This document shows positions 38,122-51,480 of a stretch of 64,000 nt of DNA, piece after piece; positions within the stretch are counted from its first letter, which is position 1, and each line of letters opens with the position of its first letter. Position numbers and translations under genes: made by a program. The stretch covers positions 124,001 to 188,000 of the forward strand of contig JAHLWZ010000505.1 of assembly GCA_020536535.1 (NCBI GenBank), written 5' to 3'. The stretch is from Pelomyxa schiedti (taxonomy: Eukaryota; Protista; Evosea). A model generated the notes under the pieces. The model worked only from the letters and a program-made list of their open reading frames with translations, had not been told where the DNA came from and did not search any database.

Positions 38122-39221
38122 TCAATAATTCAAAAAAGTGGATTTTTCGAGACAATCCTCTTTAAAATAATAATTCAAAACCAGCAAGAAAAAAATGAAT
38201 CTGGATCTGATGATTTTTATTTTTGCTCCGAAACTTGTGTGCAGTGGTACAGAGCTGGGAAGCCTCAGTTCAGACCAAAAACATGCCCATTGTGGTATCG
38301 AAGGACAGTACCATCGGTTGTACTGTCTCGCGGCGTGCTCTAAATGCGTTTTGCCTCGTCAGAAACCACGCTCAGATATAGGCAAATTTAAAAAAAAAAT
38401 TGGTTTGGCCGGGATCGAACCAGGTCTGTGGGGGTAAAAGCCGCGACTAAAACAAAACCACATTTTTTATTCTTTCAATCAGCTCTGGTCTGAGGCCCTC
38501 TGAAGGCATTTGCTCAGATATAAGCCAATCTCTCATGTCTTGCACAGTGAACTTTTTTTGTTCTGAGGTCACAATTCCTGCTTCCCACAGCACAATGAGT
38601 ACAGGTTTCTCAAAGTGGTGCTTAGGACTGTCTTGCTTGTGCTTGTTGGTGCACTTGAGCAGACTCAGTAATTTTGATCCAAGGATCTTGAGGTAGTCTC
38701 ACCTTAAAAATTTGGCAGATTTCCCTACTGCAGAGTTAGCTGAGCTATGGGAAAAAAAGCGGGGGAGGGGAAGGTGCCAAACAAAAAAAGTTCACTGTGC
38801 AAGACATGAGAGATTGGCTTATATCTGAGCAAATGCCTTCAGAGGGCCTCAGACCAGAGCTGATTGAAAGAATAAAAAATGTGGTTTTGTTTTAGTCGCG
38901 GCTTTTACCCCCCACAGACGTGGTTTGATCCCGGCCAAACCAATTTTTTTTTTAAATTTGCCTATATCTGAGCGTGGTTCCTGACGAGGCAAAACGCATT
39001 TAGAGCACGCTGCAAGACAGTACAACCGATGGTACTGTCCTTCGATACCACAATGGGCATGTTTTTGGTCTGAACTGAGGCTTCCCAGCTCTGTCCCACT
39101 GCACACAAGTTTCAGAGCAAAAATAAAAATCATCAGATCCAGATTCATTTTTTTCTTGCTGATTTTGAATTATTATTTTAAAGAGGATTGTCTCGAAAAA
39201 TCCACTTTTTTGAATTGTTGA
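38122..39221. mobile_element. Long-inverted-repeat (foldback/MITE-like) non-coding element
   Basis: Arms 38122-38562 and 38780-39221 (441/442 bp, about 9 substitutions + 1 indel) around a 217-bp unique spacer; no transposase and no clear TSD. Confidence 0.7.
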
Positions 39222-39319
39222 TCATCCACAAAAACAACAACTTTTGAATGCACTAAACTTGCCACATAATCCAACCAACGTAACATTAATTCCTGTTCCG
39301 AAGGAAAAAAACAAAAGTT

Positions 39320-42300
39320 ATGCAAACAGTCAGGCACTGTCACAGGCTGGAGTCGATGTCCGGCCTCTGTCCGACGATTTCACACCTCTTCTCGTCACAA
39401 ATAGAGAGTTCATGGACCCTTCGTACAACAACACTGTATGCGCTCTGACGAAGCTTCATCTTTCCGAAGCACAAACAAGGAATGATGATGAGTTGGGTCA
39501 GCAGTTGTCAGGTTCCCTTTCACTTGCCACATAATTTCACAAGCAAAATTAAAAAAAACCACACTCCACACAACGTGACGTGTTTGTTTAAAAGAACACA
39601 GAAATTGGGATGAGTGATGCTTCAGATTCGCTGTGTGGAGCACTGAATACACTGGAAAAGCCCTGCACGGTGGTGGCTCTGAGGGAGGTTCTTTCTATGC
39701 CTGAAATTCCACCTCCACTTTTGCGGGTTTTCAATTCCAAAAGAGGGTGGCTCCCAAAGCTTCGGCGGAGATTAGTTCCCATAATCGACCCCGGAGGAAC
39801 TCCGTCATCCAGAATAGAGTGGCTTAGCACCAGAGGACTATGACACACTAACTTCGACACTGAAAGTTTCGAAGGGTATCGCCATCAAAGTTTTGAAACA
39901 AGCAAAGGTCCTCATTGGAGACAGCAATATAATACAACCCTACCACTGTCAAAGAGGCACAGAATGGAAATACAGTGCACAAAGTCGTACTTGCCACAGA
40001 AGGTTACTACTCTTATCAATCTGATTTACAGTGGCAGCTGTTCACCCAGCGGTGACAGCATTGCCTTTGATGGATTGAGACCGAACCGCTCCAACCAACA
40101 GGGTTTGGAACGTGGCTGAAAACACTCATTTCACTCGTTCCCATTCAAATTGCACGTGGTGACAAAAACTGTTTGGTGTTGTGCAACAACAATTTATCTT
40201 CACAGGGAAATGATACGATTCAGTTCGCACAAACCCAACACAGTGTTGCAGAGGGAATTTCGTTTGGACTCCTTGACGCTATTTTCTCATCATGTTTCAA
40301 CAAACCAGTTCTTGTTGTCACATCGATGGGAAAACAGAGCACAGGGAAGAGTTACACTCTCAACCACCTCTTGGGTGTTCTCTTTGACATCTCTGGTGGG
40401 AGGTGCACTGATGGTTGTTGGATGAGTGTTCGTGAGAGGTCCGACTTCTTGATTGTGGCTTTGGATTTTGAGGGACTTTGTGCAGAGGGTGTTGGAATGT
40501 TGAAAGGGGATGACAAACTCTTCAAGGGTTGTTTCACTCTCATGGTAAAAGACGTTCCTGACAGGGATGTTGAAAGCTTAGTCTCGGATTTCAAGTCCAA
40601 GTTTGAGGAAATCGTGAAAACCAACCAGGGACAGAGCTTTCTTTCTCAAATGTTTACAGGGACCCTCCAAATAATCCTGTGTTCTCCACCTGGGACTGAT
40701 CACTACACAAAGAGCCTAACAAGCTGTGCCGACATTCTAGAGCAACAGACACCACAGTTCCACAGTGGAAGAGAATTCTCCTCCAAGCTCAAACTGATTC
40801 TCGCGAAGTTGCACTTGAAGGATTGGTCTTCCCTCTTGGGACAAGACATGGTGATTATGGTTCGAATGCTTCAAGAACAACTCCCTTTGGCCGTGAATTA
40901 TGGTGGTGCGTCAGCCATGAGCCACCACAGGGGACAACTTGTGAATTTGTCAACTGGGGCAGTTGTTCCCTGGCAAGAGTCGGTCACCATCTCCGGCTTC
41001 GACCTTCCCATTCCAAACTTGGCTCTCCTGGCAGCTCATTACCAGGCAGATTACGTAACGACACTCCGGGACGAGTTCAAGTCTTGTTTTGAGAAATACT
41101 TTCCAACCCCAAACCAGTCTGAATTCGTTTCATGGCGTGACCAGTTCAGGGAATTTGTGCACCAAGTAATTGAGAGCCGGAAGAAGCATGTGAATGATTG
41201 GGTCCGTTCAAACATGGAAGCATCATGTGAAACACCCCATGAACCTGCCACTGCACCTGTTCCACCCCAGAACGGGTGCCCTGTTGCCAAGGAATTTTTG
41301 AAGAAAGTTGAGTGTTCATTGCTACAACTGGATGCACTTGAAGTTTGTGTAGGCACTTGTGCTGAGTGCAACTTACCGTGCTTACTTCTACATGCGCACT
41401 CAGGGCGTCACAACTGCAACGGGTCACAAGTGTGAAGGTGAGTGCACTTATTGCAGGTGCGCAGATACATGCCCTGCGGGGAAGTGTGCCTATAAGGCTG
41501 GCCATGATGGCGCTCACGATTGTGCAAGGGGACATGCATCATGCAACAAGGACTGCTCCCTCTCGAGCAAAACAGGATGCAACAGATTATGCTACCTTGT
41601 GGCCAATCACAGCGGTCCATGCATGTGCAATTCACAGAAGCACCAGTGCCTCCTCCCGCAGTCATGTTTTCGATGATTGTCACAGGGAAGTGTGCACATC
41701 TTGCGGCAGGGTTCTTTTGACCCCCGAGCATCACACAGGCAAACTTTTGATTACGAGAGGTGCACTGTGCCGAAGCCAAGAAGCTCACTTGTTGTCAAAT
41801 GGTTCCAGCAGGGCAACAAGAGCACGTAGGTACTCACAGTTGCGACACAAGGGCTCATTGCTGCCAACAGTTGTGCCCAACCTGTGGTTATATTTGTGAA
41901 CTTGCATTTGGGCACTCTAATGAGCATCAAGCAAAGCACGGGAACATGATCAAAACACACTTTGTTTCCAGTGGCAAAAACATTGACCTTGATGGGCGTT
42001 TGTATGAAGCTGGTGAAACAGGGGCTGCAGAGTCCTGCAGTTCATTCTGCAACAAACTCGGCAGGCACATTCACATTCTACCCTGTGAAACACAAGGCAG
42101 CAGCACCTGTGCTCCCGCAGATAAAGGAGGCAGAAGGCACGCCAATGTGAAGTACCTGCTGGATCCAGAAAATCCCAAGGACGAGCTCACACACGAAGGG
42201 TATTGGCATGCGATTGGCTTCTGCGATCCATGCTCAGCTGAGCACGGGGAGATTTTCAAATTGTGCAACTTCGAGTGCGGTGAAAATCACATGGATGAGG

Positions 42301-43246
42301 GAAGGTGCAAGTGTATGCTTCCTCTTTGGCATGCACATTGTGGCTTACAAGTGAATGAGGAAAAAAAATTTGAAAGCAAAAACCCAAATAGCGGATATGC
42401 ATCATCTGATGGACACATATTCATCAGGAAGCATGGACCCCCAGAAAACATTCACATCGTTTTCTGCCTTGACGCATCCACATCCATGTCAAAACGCAAC
42501 CGGTGGCAAACTCTTGTGAGAGGTGTTGAACAGTTCATTTCTGCCAGAAACAGACAAGGGGATATTTACAGTGTTGTCTTGTTCTCCGGTGAGGGAAATG
42601 TTATCTGTGACATGAAGTCGCCTGGCAATGCACGGGCTACAATTGCCGACTTGCCCAAATTTGGGCGAGACACAAAATTTTCAAGTGGTCTGTCAGTTGC
42701 ATATCGTCAGCTAATGAAGACGAGATGGTGTGGTTTGTTCTCTTTTACCATTGCTCACCAAAAACAAAAAGGGATGAGTACCGGGCTGCTCTCATATTTA
42801 TGTCAGACGGAGAGGATGAGAACTCAGAATGGGAAAGCAGTATGCTGAACATCAAGCAGCTTGCAGAGCAAAAACCGCATGCACTTTTAACTTTCGTGAT
42901 TGGAATCGGCGATGGCTTCAACACCAAAAAGCTTCAAAGTGTTGCCACAGTTGGGAACACCCTGTTCCTCACAGTTGACGCCGTGTGTGCAAATCTGGGA
43001 ACAGTGTTGCAGAGGGTCGACTCCAACGTCAACCAACTAGTTGCTTTGATGAAACAGCCAGCACACACGGAGGCCACATCTGCATCAACATCCACATCCA
43101 CATCCACATCCACAAGCTCATCCTCATCCACATCCACATCCTCCTCCTCATCCGCATCCACATCCTCCTCTTCCTCGTCCTCATACACATCCCGATCCTT
43201 GTTCTCGTGCACATCCACATCCTCATCTGATGGTGGCGCCTCATGA
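39320..43246 (+). pseudogene. Giant VLIG/GBP-like GTPase-Cys-rich-vWA gene, copy 1 (pseudogene)
   Basis: Homologous to copies 2-4, but exon 1 is frameshifted after MQTV, there is a stop at 39843, a ~2.4-kb deletion at 40070/40071, a 43-codon deletion just after DFEGLC, and frameshifts in the Cys-rich region. Confidence 0.88.
43077..43225 (+). repeat. (A/G/T)CATCC-type hexamer microsatellite encoding the Ser/Thr tail of copy 1
   Basis: acatccacatccacatcc...tcctcatccgcatccacatcc; a shorter version sits at about 51286-51350 in copy 2. Confidence 0.8.
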
Positions 43247-44649
43247 CACGATGTGCTGAGGGTTAAGGTTGTGACCCACCACACTGTGAGGTGTGCTGGT
43301 TGTTGTTCTACTTGTGTAAGCGAATAAGAAGCCAAATACAAAGTACAAGAGTTTATTGTTCATTTCTTGGATAGCTACAATAGTGTTGTGCCAGCTTGAA
43401 AGGCACCGGTTCGGTAAGATTAGATTTAGATGATTTTTTCCCCACTAATAATAAACTCGTTGAGACGGTCGGTTTTGCATTTAGTGGTGCTGTGGACTCT
43501 AGGGGAGGAGCAGCGGTCCACATCTTTCCACAAATTAACTTGAAAGGACTGTGTCATTAATCAATTAACACTAATAGAATTCCTGGCAGTGACATGCTAG
43601 ACGCCAAAAATAGTTCAGCAGGGAATAGAATGTGGGTGAAGAGTGATTGTGGGATCAACAAACAAGCTCTCAAGTGCAACCACCTAGAATGCTTCAAAAA
43701 ATGAACGGTGAAATGGGGAAAAAAAGATAATAAACAGAGCTTTGGGGAGATATCATCAGATAGGTTGGGTAAGAAGTTGGCACTTAGGAATACTTATCTG
43801 AGATTCTACAGGAGGGGCACCAAAAGCCTGAGAGTCTTATTCTATTATATATATATATGTTATGATCTGAGAAAATAACATACAAATACATGTTCTTCCT
43901 CAGAGTGAAGAACTCTTGAGGTTCAGGTTACTCAGTGTCAGCGGATTTCTGGAAGGAGTTAGAAGTACAAATCGAAGGCTGGGGATAAAATACCATTGTA
44001 TTGGACGAGACATTCCATTCAAGTGGATTCCCTGAGCTAGTAGTGAGATTCAGTACCAAGGTGGACAAGGTGACATTGAGTGGATAATATGATGGCTGCC
44101 TTCGTTTTTCTGCTCAGTGCTTTGGCAAAGAGGGTGGAATAACTTATGTAAATTGGGTCACTACAAACATTATATAGTTAATCAATGGGAAAAGGTCTTT
44201 GTTTTTTTCCAACCCTTTATCAGAAGCAATCAAATCACAAGACATATGTTGCATCTGATCAATTGCTTTTGGTTCTCCTGTCCCATGGGAACAATAAGAA
44301 CGTGACACATTATGTTTGTGTAAATGAGCAAACCCATCATCAGAAGTGACTTGCATTTTCAGAGAGGGAAAGGTAATACCAAGGCCATTTAACTCAACAA
44401 TTGGTTACCTCAGAGTGGTGGGTTCAGCCTCGTGGGAATGGCTCCGCGATTCTACCAACTTGACCTTTGAGAGTGTAATAAAAATAATCATTGTTATACT
44501 CGGCAACCGTGATTCGGCACTCTTTGTAGGTGACAGGTACGGCATCAACCCACCCAGTAGCGGCCGCTGTATCCGTGTAATCTGTTGATTATTGCATTCA
44601 CAAGTTGGGAACCCGACAACTGCATTTGGTTGAAAAGTGAGAGGAAAAA

Positions 44650-47600
44650 ATGCAAACAGTCCGAGCGGCACTGTCGCGAGCGATGATTGATGTCAAACCA
44701 CTTGAGGAACTGGACTTCGACTTGGATGTGGCTCCGTCTGACGAATTCATCTCGCAACTAGCTGACAATCGCGAGTTGATGGATGCGTCGTACTACAAGA
44801 ATGTCTTCGAAGCGGTAGTGAGTTTCCGTGCCGAAGCAGGAAAGGAAGATGATCAGTTGAGTCCGAAGTTGTCAGGTTCTTTTCACTTGTGAAAACATAT
44901 TTAACACACGACAACCACTCGGGTGGTTTTTTTTTACTGCTGAAATGACACAGAAATTGAGATGAGTGGTGCCTCAGATTCGTTGTGCCGAGCATTGAAG
45001 ACAATGGGGAAGCCCTGTACGGTGCCAGCCCTGCGGGAACTTCTGTCCATGCCTGAAATTCCACCTCCACTTTTGCAGGTTTTCAATTCCAAAAGAGGGT
45101 GGCTCCCAAAGCTTCGGCGGAGATTGGTCCCAAGGATCGACCCCGGAGGAACTCCGTCATCCAGAATAGATTCATTTCCAGGGAGGCTAACCGAGGCAGG
45201 ATTCCAGGATTTGGAAGACCTCGTTGGTTTGGATTCTGGTGACTTTCAAAGACTCACAGCATCACTGAAAATTCCAAAGGGAAGTGCATACAAAGTACTG
45301 CAGCAAGCAAAGGCCCTTGTTGGAGAGGGAAAAAAAGTGCTGTACCACACACTGGAAAATGCATCTGGACTCTACAGCTTGATCACCACCGTCAAAGAGG
45401 CACACAATGGAAACACAGTGAACAAGGTAACTCTTGTCACACAGAAGGTTGTGAATCTGATCAATATGATTCGTCGTGGCAGCTGTTCACCCAGCGGTGA
45501 CAGCATTGCCTTTGACAAACTTGGAAGTTTCGACTTTGTCACCATCGGGCTTTTTGGTGACCTCACTTTGATCACCAACTTCCTGGTGCGAATTGGCGCT
45601 TTTCCTAAAGGTCCGAAACTGCTTGCGAATAATGGTCAGGCAGAGATACACACCTTCATCACCCAGTTTGCAGAAGGATCTGAAATGAGAGGAAAGTCAG
45701 TGATGATTCTTGTCTTTGTTCCAGGGAGCACAAGCTTTTCCAACGTTCAGGAGTCTGATCCTGCGTGCCTCTTCTTGCGGTTTCTTTACAGTCTCTGTGA
45801 CAGGATTTTCATGTGCTTGTCTGAGCCAATGCTCGCTGAACTCCAAAACGAAACAGGAGAAGCTGAAACAACAAGGGTTGTTAAATGTGAAGTCGAGAAG
45901 AGGGCAATCAAAAAAGACAGGTGTGAGTTCCGGAAAGGCTTTGCCCAGAACCTCAGCCTCCCATCGTCAGATTCACCTTGGACAATGATCCAGGGGGATA
46001 ACAGGGTTGGTTTTGTCTGTTGTGAGGAAGTTGACGAGAGACTTGTGTATAACCCAAGCAAAGGACAGATTCCAGCTCTTTATTTTACGTCACAGTTCAA
46101 AAATTTGTTGGATAGGAGGGAGTTGTGCACTGACACACTCCCTTATCTCAACAAGTTAGCACTTCTTAGGTTGTTGAATCCCACTGCTGCCCAATCAGTT
46201 GAAGATGGAAACAAGGGGCCAATCAAGACTCTTCAGAGGGTTGCTAAAGATCAAATGAAACTGATGCTCATGGAACACTTCAAGCATGAGTGGGAACTGT
46301 TGCAGCTTGAAGCACCTCATTCACCGCGCAACTATTGTACTGCTTTGGACCAAACGAGGCTGAGAACTATTGTTGAGGCATGGCTTTCCAAAACAACCTC
46401 AGTCGTTTTTCTCTTTGAGGAGTTTTGCCCTGATAAAACCGAAAGTCAACTCCGCGATTTCTTGAGTCTCACAGAACAGGAAATGAAGCAGAGAATCATG
46501 CAATTTGCAAGTGACCCACCAAGACCCCACGTGACACTTGCCACTCTTTCGTACTTTGTGTTCGAACCACACTTCATCTCAGAAATCACTTCCATGTTGG
46601 AAAAGAAATTTATGTCTCAGTGCAAATCGCTCGTCAAAGAAATGCAAGCTGCTGTGTGCAACAACCCTGATGCATTTTGCATTGGGTCACCATTTTCTTT
46701 GGAGCTGGACACCGCAATCCGCAAAGAAACTCCACACACAAACCCTGAAAAAGTGATGCTGACTATGTTCCAACAGTCGACTGACAAGGCAAACCCACTG
46801 GTGAGTTTCCATTTTCAGATGGCTGGTAAAGTTCCACGACACTTGAAGTCCACAGTTGTGGAAATAAGTTTGGAGAAGAAGGCAACTGATGGGTGTTCCA
46901 ATGTCACTCTCGCACCTCCTTTTTGTTTTGATTTGGACGTGGTCACCGTTCTTGGCTCTTTCCTGTTATCTGGAAGCAAGGTGATGGTTATCGGTGTTGA
47001 TGCTGCCAACCCTTCAAATTACCTCATCTGCATCCACCATGAGGGCATATGCTCCCTCAGTTCGAAACTGCCAAAGAAAGGTGGCATTTCACAAGTCAAC
47101 TTTTGTGCAACAACGAGAATTCTGGTGATGTGTTACTCCTCACCCGATTCCAGTGTCTGTGCTCTGAAGTTCAATGACGCATATTCGAAATTTGACAACC
47201 TGGGCAGTTTCCCGCTTGACAACGATGCCGCTCTTGCGAGTGTGAAGGGAATTTTCCCAGTTCCAGAAGGACAAAAGGTTGTGGTCACATTCCCAACAGT
47301 GGCCAAGCTCTTTGACTTCGAGAACAGAACTATATCAGAGTTGCCACAACTTGATGGTCCTGCACTTTTCCTCGGTCCAGAGTTCTTCGTCACTGTGAAA
47401 CCGTCACTTCCCGTCACTTCAGGAACACTTGGTGATGAGGGGGGATCGTGCGTTGTTTCTGTGAGGAGTTGCCTGCAACCCTGCAAAGTTCAGAACTGGG
47501 AAACAAACCTCCTGAACTCACACCTGTTGCCCTCAACACTTCTGGCAAATTTTCGTGTTGGTGGTGCACAAGAATTGCATTTGGTTCAATTCAACCCCAC

Positions 47601-50600
47601 CACTGGTCACGTTTCCTCTGTTGTTTTGTTTGCTGTGATGAAACAGACAAAGTTCACACTTCAGATGGCCTCACAAACAACTCGTCCATCACGGTCGCTC
47701 TTGGAATACCTGCATCTCACCTTTGACAAGTTCCCAATCACAGCCTTTTGTGGTGTTGCAATGGAAGAGAAACCACACAAGTTGACGGTTGTGGTGCCAT
47801 CAGCAACACCTGAAACAAAGAGACTGATCTCCAAGCGTCTGGGGGAATACAAAGAGAAGATTGCTGGTCTTTTCAAAACACTTGGCACAGCTGACAAGTT
47901 CTTCACTGAACATGTGACTTGCAGCATTGATCAAGGATGGATTGAGACCGAACCGCTCCAACCAACAGGGTTTGGAACGTGGCTGAAAACACTCATTTCA
48001 CTCGTTCCTGTTCAAATTGCTCGTGTTGACAACAACTGTTTGGTGTTGTGCAACAACAATTTATCTTCACAGGGAAATGATACGATTCAGTTCGCACAAA
48101 CCCAACACAGTGTTGCAGAGGGAATTTCGTTTGGACTCCTCGACGCGATTTTCTCATCATGTTTGAGCAAACCAGTTCTTGTTGTCACATCGATGGGAAA
48201 ACAGAGCACAGGGAAGAGTTACACTCTCAACCACCTCTTGGGTGTTCTCTTTGACATCTCTGGTGGGAGGTGCACTGATGGTTGTTGGATGAGCGTTCGC
48301 GAGAAATCTGACCACTTGATCGTGGCCTTGGATTTTGAAGGACTTTGCTCTCTGGAACGTTCTGAGCAGGAAGATATTCTCCTTTCTCTGTTGAATGCAT
48401 CTGTTTCAAATTTGACACTTTTCAAGACTGAATTCAGGATTGATCGGGAAACAGAAAGAATGTTCAGGAACTTCCAAGAGGGTGTTGGAATGTTGAAAGG
48501 GGATGACAAACTCTTCAAGGGTTGTTTCACCCTCATGGTAAAAGATGTACCTGGGAGGGACATTGACAGTTTATTTTCAGAATTCGAGTCCAAGTTTTCT
48601 AGAATTGTGGAAACCAACCAGGGGCAAAACTTTCTTTCTCAAATGTTTCCAGGGAAGTTCACAATGATTATGTGTTCCCCACTCGGAACCCCTAAATATA
48701 ACGATAGCTTGAAGTGCTGTGCCAAAAGACTGCGGAAGCAGACACCACAGTTCCGAAGTGGAGGAGAGTTCTCCTCGATGCTCAAACTGATTCTTGCGAA
48801 GTTACACTTGAAAGACTGGTCTTCTCTCTTGGGACAAGACATGGTGATTATGGTTCGAAATCTTGAAGAGGATCTCAGTTTGGCTGTATCTTGCGGGAGC
48901 AAGTCAGCAGCCACAGGTCACCAGGGACAACTTGTGAATTTGTCAACTGGGGAAGTCGTTACCCGCCTCGAATCAGTCACAATCTCCGGTCTCAGTATTC
49001 TCATTCCGAACTTCAATTTACAGGCAGATCACGAGGCAGATTTCACCAGGATACAGGACGAGTTCAAGTGTTGCTTTGAGAGATATCTCCCAAAACCACT
49101 GAAGCAGAGCGATTTCAGAAAGTGGCACAGCCAATTCAGTGATTTTGTGCACCAGGTCATTGAGAGCAGGAAGAGGCATGTGAAAGATTGGGTATATTCA
49201 AATATGAATAGGTGTCCTAGTTTCTGCACTGCAACCAATCCTGGCTCTGTCCCCTTTCGGAACGAATGCCCTGAAGTCAAAGTATTTTTGATGATAGTGG
49301 AGTCTTCGTTGCGAGGACTGGATGCACTCGAGGTTTGTTCAGACACATGCGCTCGGTGTCGGTTTCCGTGTTTACTTCTGTCTCGGCATTCAGGACAACA
49401 CAACTGCAATGGATCTCACAAGTGTGAAGCAGAGTGCACTTATTGCAAGTCCGCGGGCACGTGCGCCTACCAGGCCGGCCACGACGGCGATCACGACTGC
49501 ACAAGAGGCCACAAATGCAACCAGGGCTGCACTCTCTCGTGCAAAACAGGTTGCAACAGATTCTGCTCTCGTGTTGTCAATCATGAAGGTCCGTGCATGT
49601 GCAATTCGCAGCAACACCTGTGTGGTGACAAATGCTCTGCTCGAGGGTCATCAGAACACTGTGACAAAATGTGTACACTTCCTTACGACCATCATCAAAA
49701 TCATTTCTGTGGGAGGAGGCACTGCCTGCACAGTTGCAGCTTCCCAAAGTGCACAAATCAATGTGCATCTACAGATCATTTTCATGGGAACGAGGCTTCG
49801 GCTTCAGCCTTCCCACACTTATGTGGCTCTGAGCACGACTGTCAATCAGAGTGCGAGTTACCTGGCTGGTGCATTGTTGGATACTTTCAGAAGGTGGAAA
49901 AAGTTTCATACAATGGGCACAGGCAAAATTTTGTTTATGAGAGGTCCACCGTTCCAGAACCAAGAAAGCTCCCTTGCTGCAAAAGGGTGCCACCAGGGCA
50001 GCAAGTCCACGAGGGCTCTCACTCTTGCACTTATCCACAATCTGACCATCGTTGCAAACACTCGTGCCCAACCTGTGGTTATATTTGTGAACTTGAGTTT
50101 GGACACCAGGAGCAGCATGCAGCGGCACACGGAAACATGATCAAAACACAATTTGTTTCCAGTGGCAAAGACATTGACCTTGATGGTCGTTTGTATGAAG
50201 CCGGTGAACCAGGCGCGGCGGAGCTCTGCAACTTGTTCTGCAACAAACTTGGCAGGCACATTCACATCCTCCCGTGCACAGCGGAGGGCAATGAGCCCTG
50301 TTCTCACACTGGAGAAGGAGGCATAAGGCACGCCACAACAAAGTACCTGCCGGATCCGGATAATCCAAAGGACGAGCTCACACATGAAGGTTACTGGAAT
50401 GCAATTGGTTTCTGTGACCCTTGCACGCCTGAACACAGGGAGATTTTCAAATTGTGCAACTTTGAGTGTGGCGAAAATCGCCACACTGATCCCCGGTGTC
50501 GTTGCATGCTCCCTCTTTGGCATGAACCTTGTACCTTACAAGCCAATGAATCCGAAACTCTCAAAGACGGAAGGGTTGGTTTTGCGTCATCCGATGGACA

Positions 50601-51480
50601 CATATTCCCCAAAAAGCATGGACCCCCAGAAAACATGCACATCGTTTTATGCCTTGACGCATCCACATCCATGTTGAGACGCAACCGGTGGGAAACTCTT
50701 GTGAGAGGTGTTGAACAGTTCATTTCTGCCAGAAACAAACCAAAGGATGTTTACAGCATTATTCTGTTCCACGGTCAGGGAATTATTGCCTGTGACAGGG
50801 TATCACCTGAGCAAGCCCAGACCAGAATCACCATGGAACCTCATTTTGGGGGAGACACCAAGTTTTCAAGTGGTCTGTCATTTGCCTATCGTCAACTCAT
50901 GGAAACCGACTGGTGAGTCCTTTTTACCTTACTTTTGGCATGTTTTTCACCAAAAACAAAAAGGGATGAGTACCGGGCTGCTCTCATATTTATGTCGGAT
51001 GGAGAGGATGAGAACTCAGAATGGGAAAGCAGCATGCTGAACATCAAGCAGCTTGCAGAGCAAAGACCGCATGCGGTTTCAACTTTCGTGGTTGGAATCG
51101 GCAATGGCTTCAACACCAAAAAGCTTCAAAGTGTTGCCACAACCGGGGAGGCACAGTTTCTCACAGTCGACGCCGTGTGTGCAAATCTGACAGCAGTGTT
51201 AAAAGGCATAGATGCCAAGGCACAGCTAGTGGCTTTGATGCCCCCATTGATCCACACCACTGCACAACAGCCCAGTGTACAGGCACCCACATCCACGTCC
51301 ACGTCCACGTCCGCATCCGCATCCGCATTCCAATTTGCATCAGCATCCATTTTCCCATCCAGTTCCACTGGCACCTCTGGCTCCATTTCAAGAACCAAAT
51401 ACACATCCACACGCTCATCCACACCCACGTCGCCTCTGGTTCATGACTTCACAACGAGGAAGAACGGTGGCACCTCCTGA
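44650..51480 (+). CDS. Giant VLIG/GBP-like GTPase with SAM-like, Cys/His-rich and vWA modules, copy 2 (~2233 aa)
   Basis: Predicted join(44650..44875,44954..50912,50964..51480), in frame. G1 MGKQSTGKS, G2 GGRCTDG, G3 LDFEGL; SAM-like LTEAGFQDLEDLVGL; about 450 aa of C/H-rich repeats; vWA LDASTSM..DTKFSSG..FMSDG. Confidence 0.9.

Noticed and set aside
38195-39148. Mirror-image 80/99-aa ORFs in the inverted-repeat arms
   Set aside because: By-products of the repeat; they differ by a frameshift and have no transposase motifs.
43600-44640. Minus-strand gene between copies 1 and 2
   Set aside because: Intron-like sequences are present, but the putative exons carry stops in the needed frames; at most a remnant.
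49400-50500. Cys/His-rich repeats as a CRISPR-like or DNA repeat array
   Set aside because: The periodicity is at protein level within a coding exon; there are no identical DNA direct repeats with spacers.
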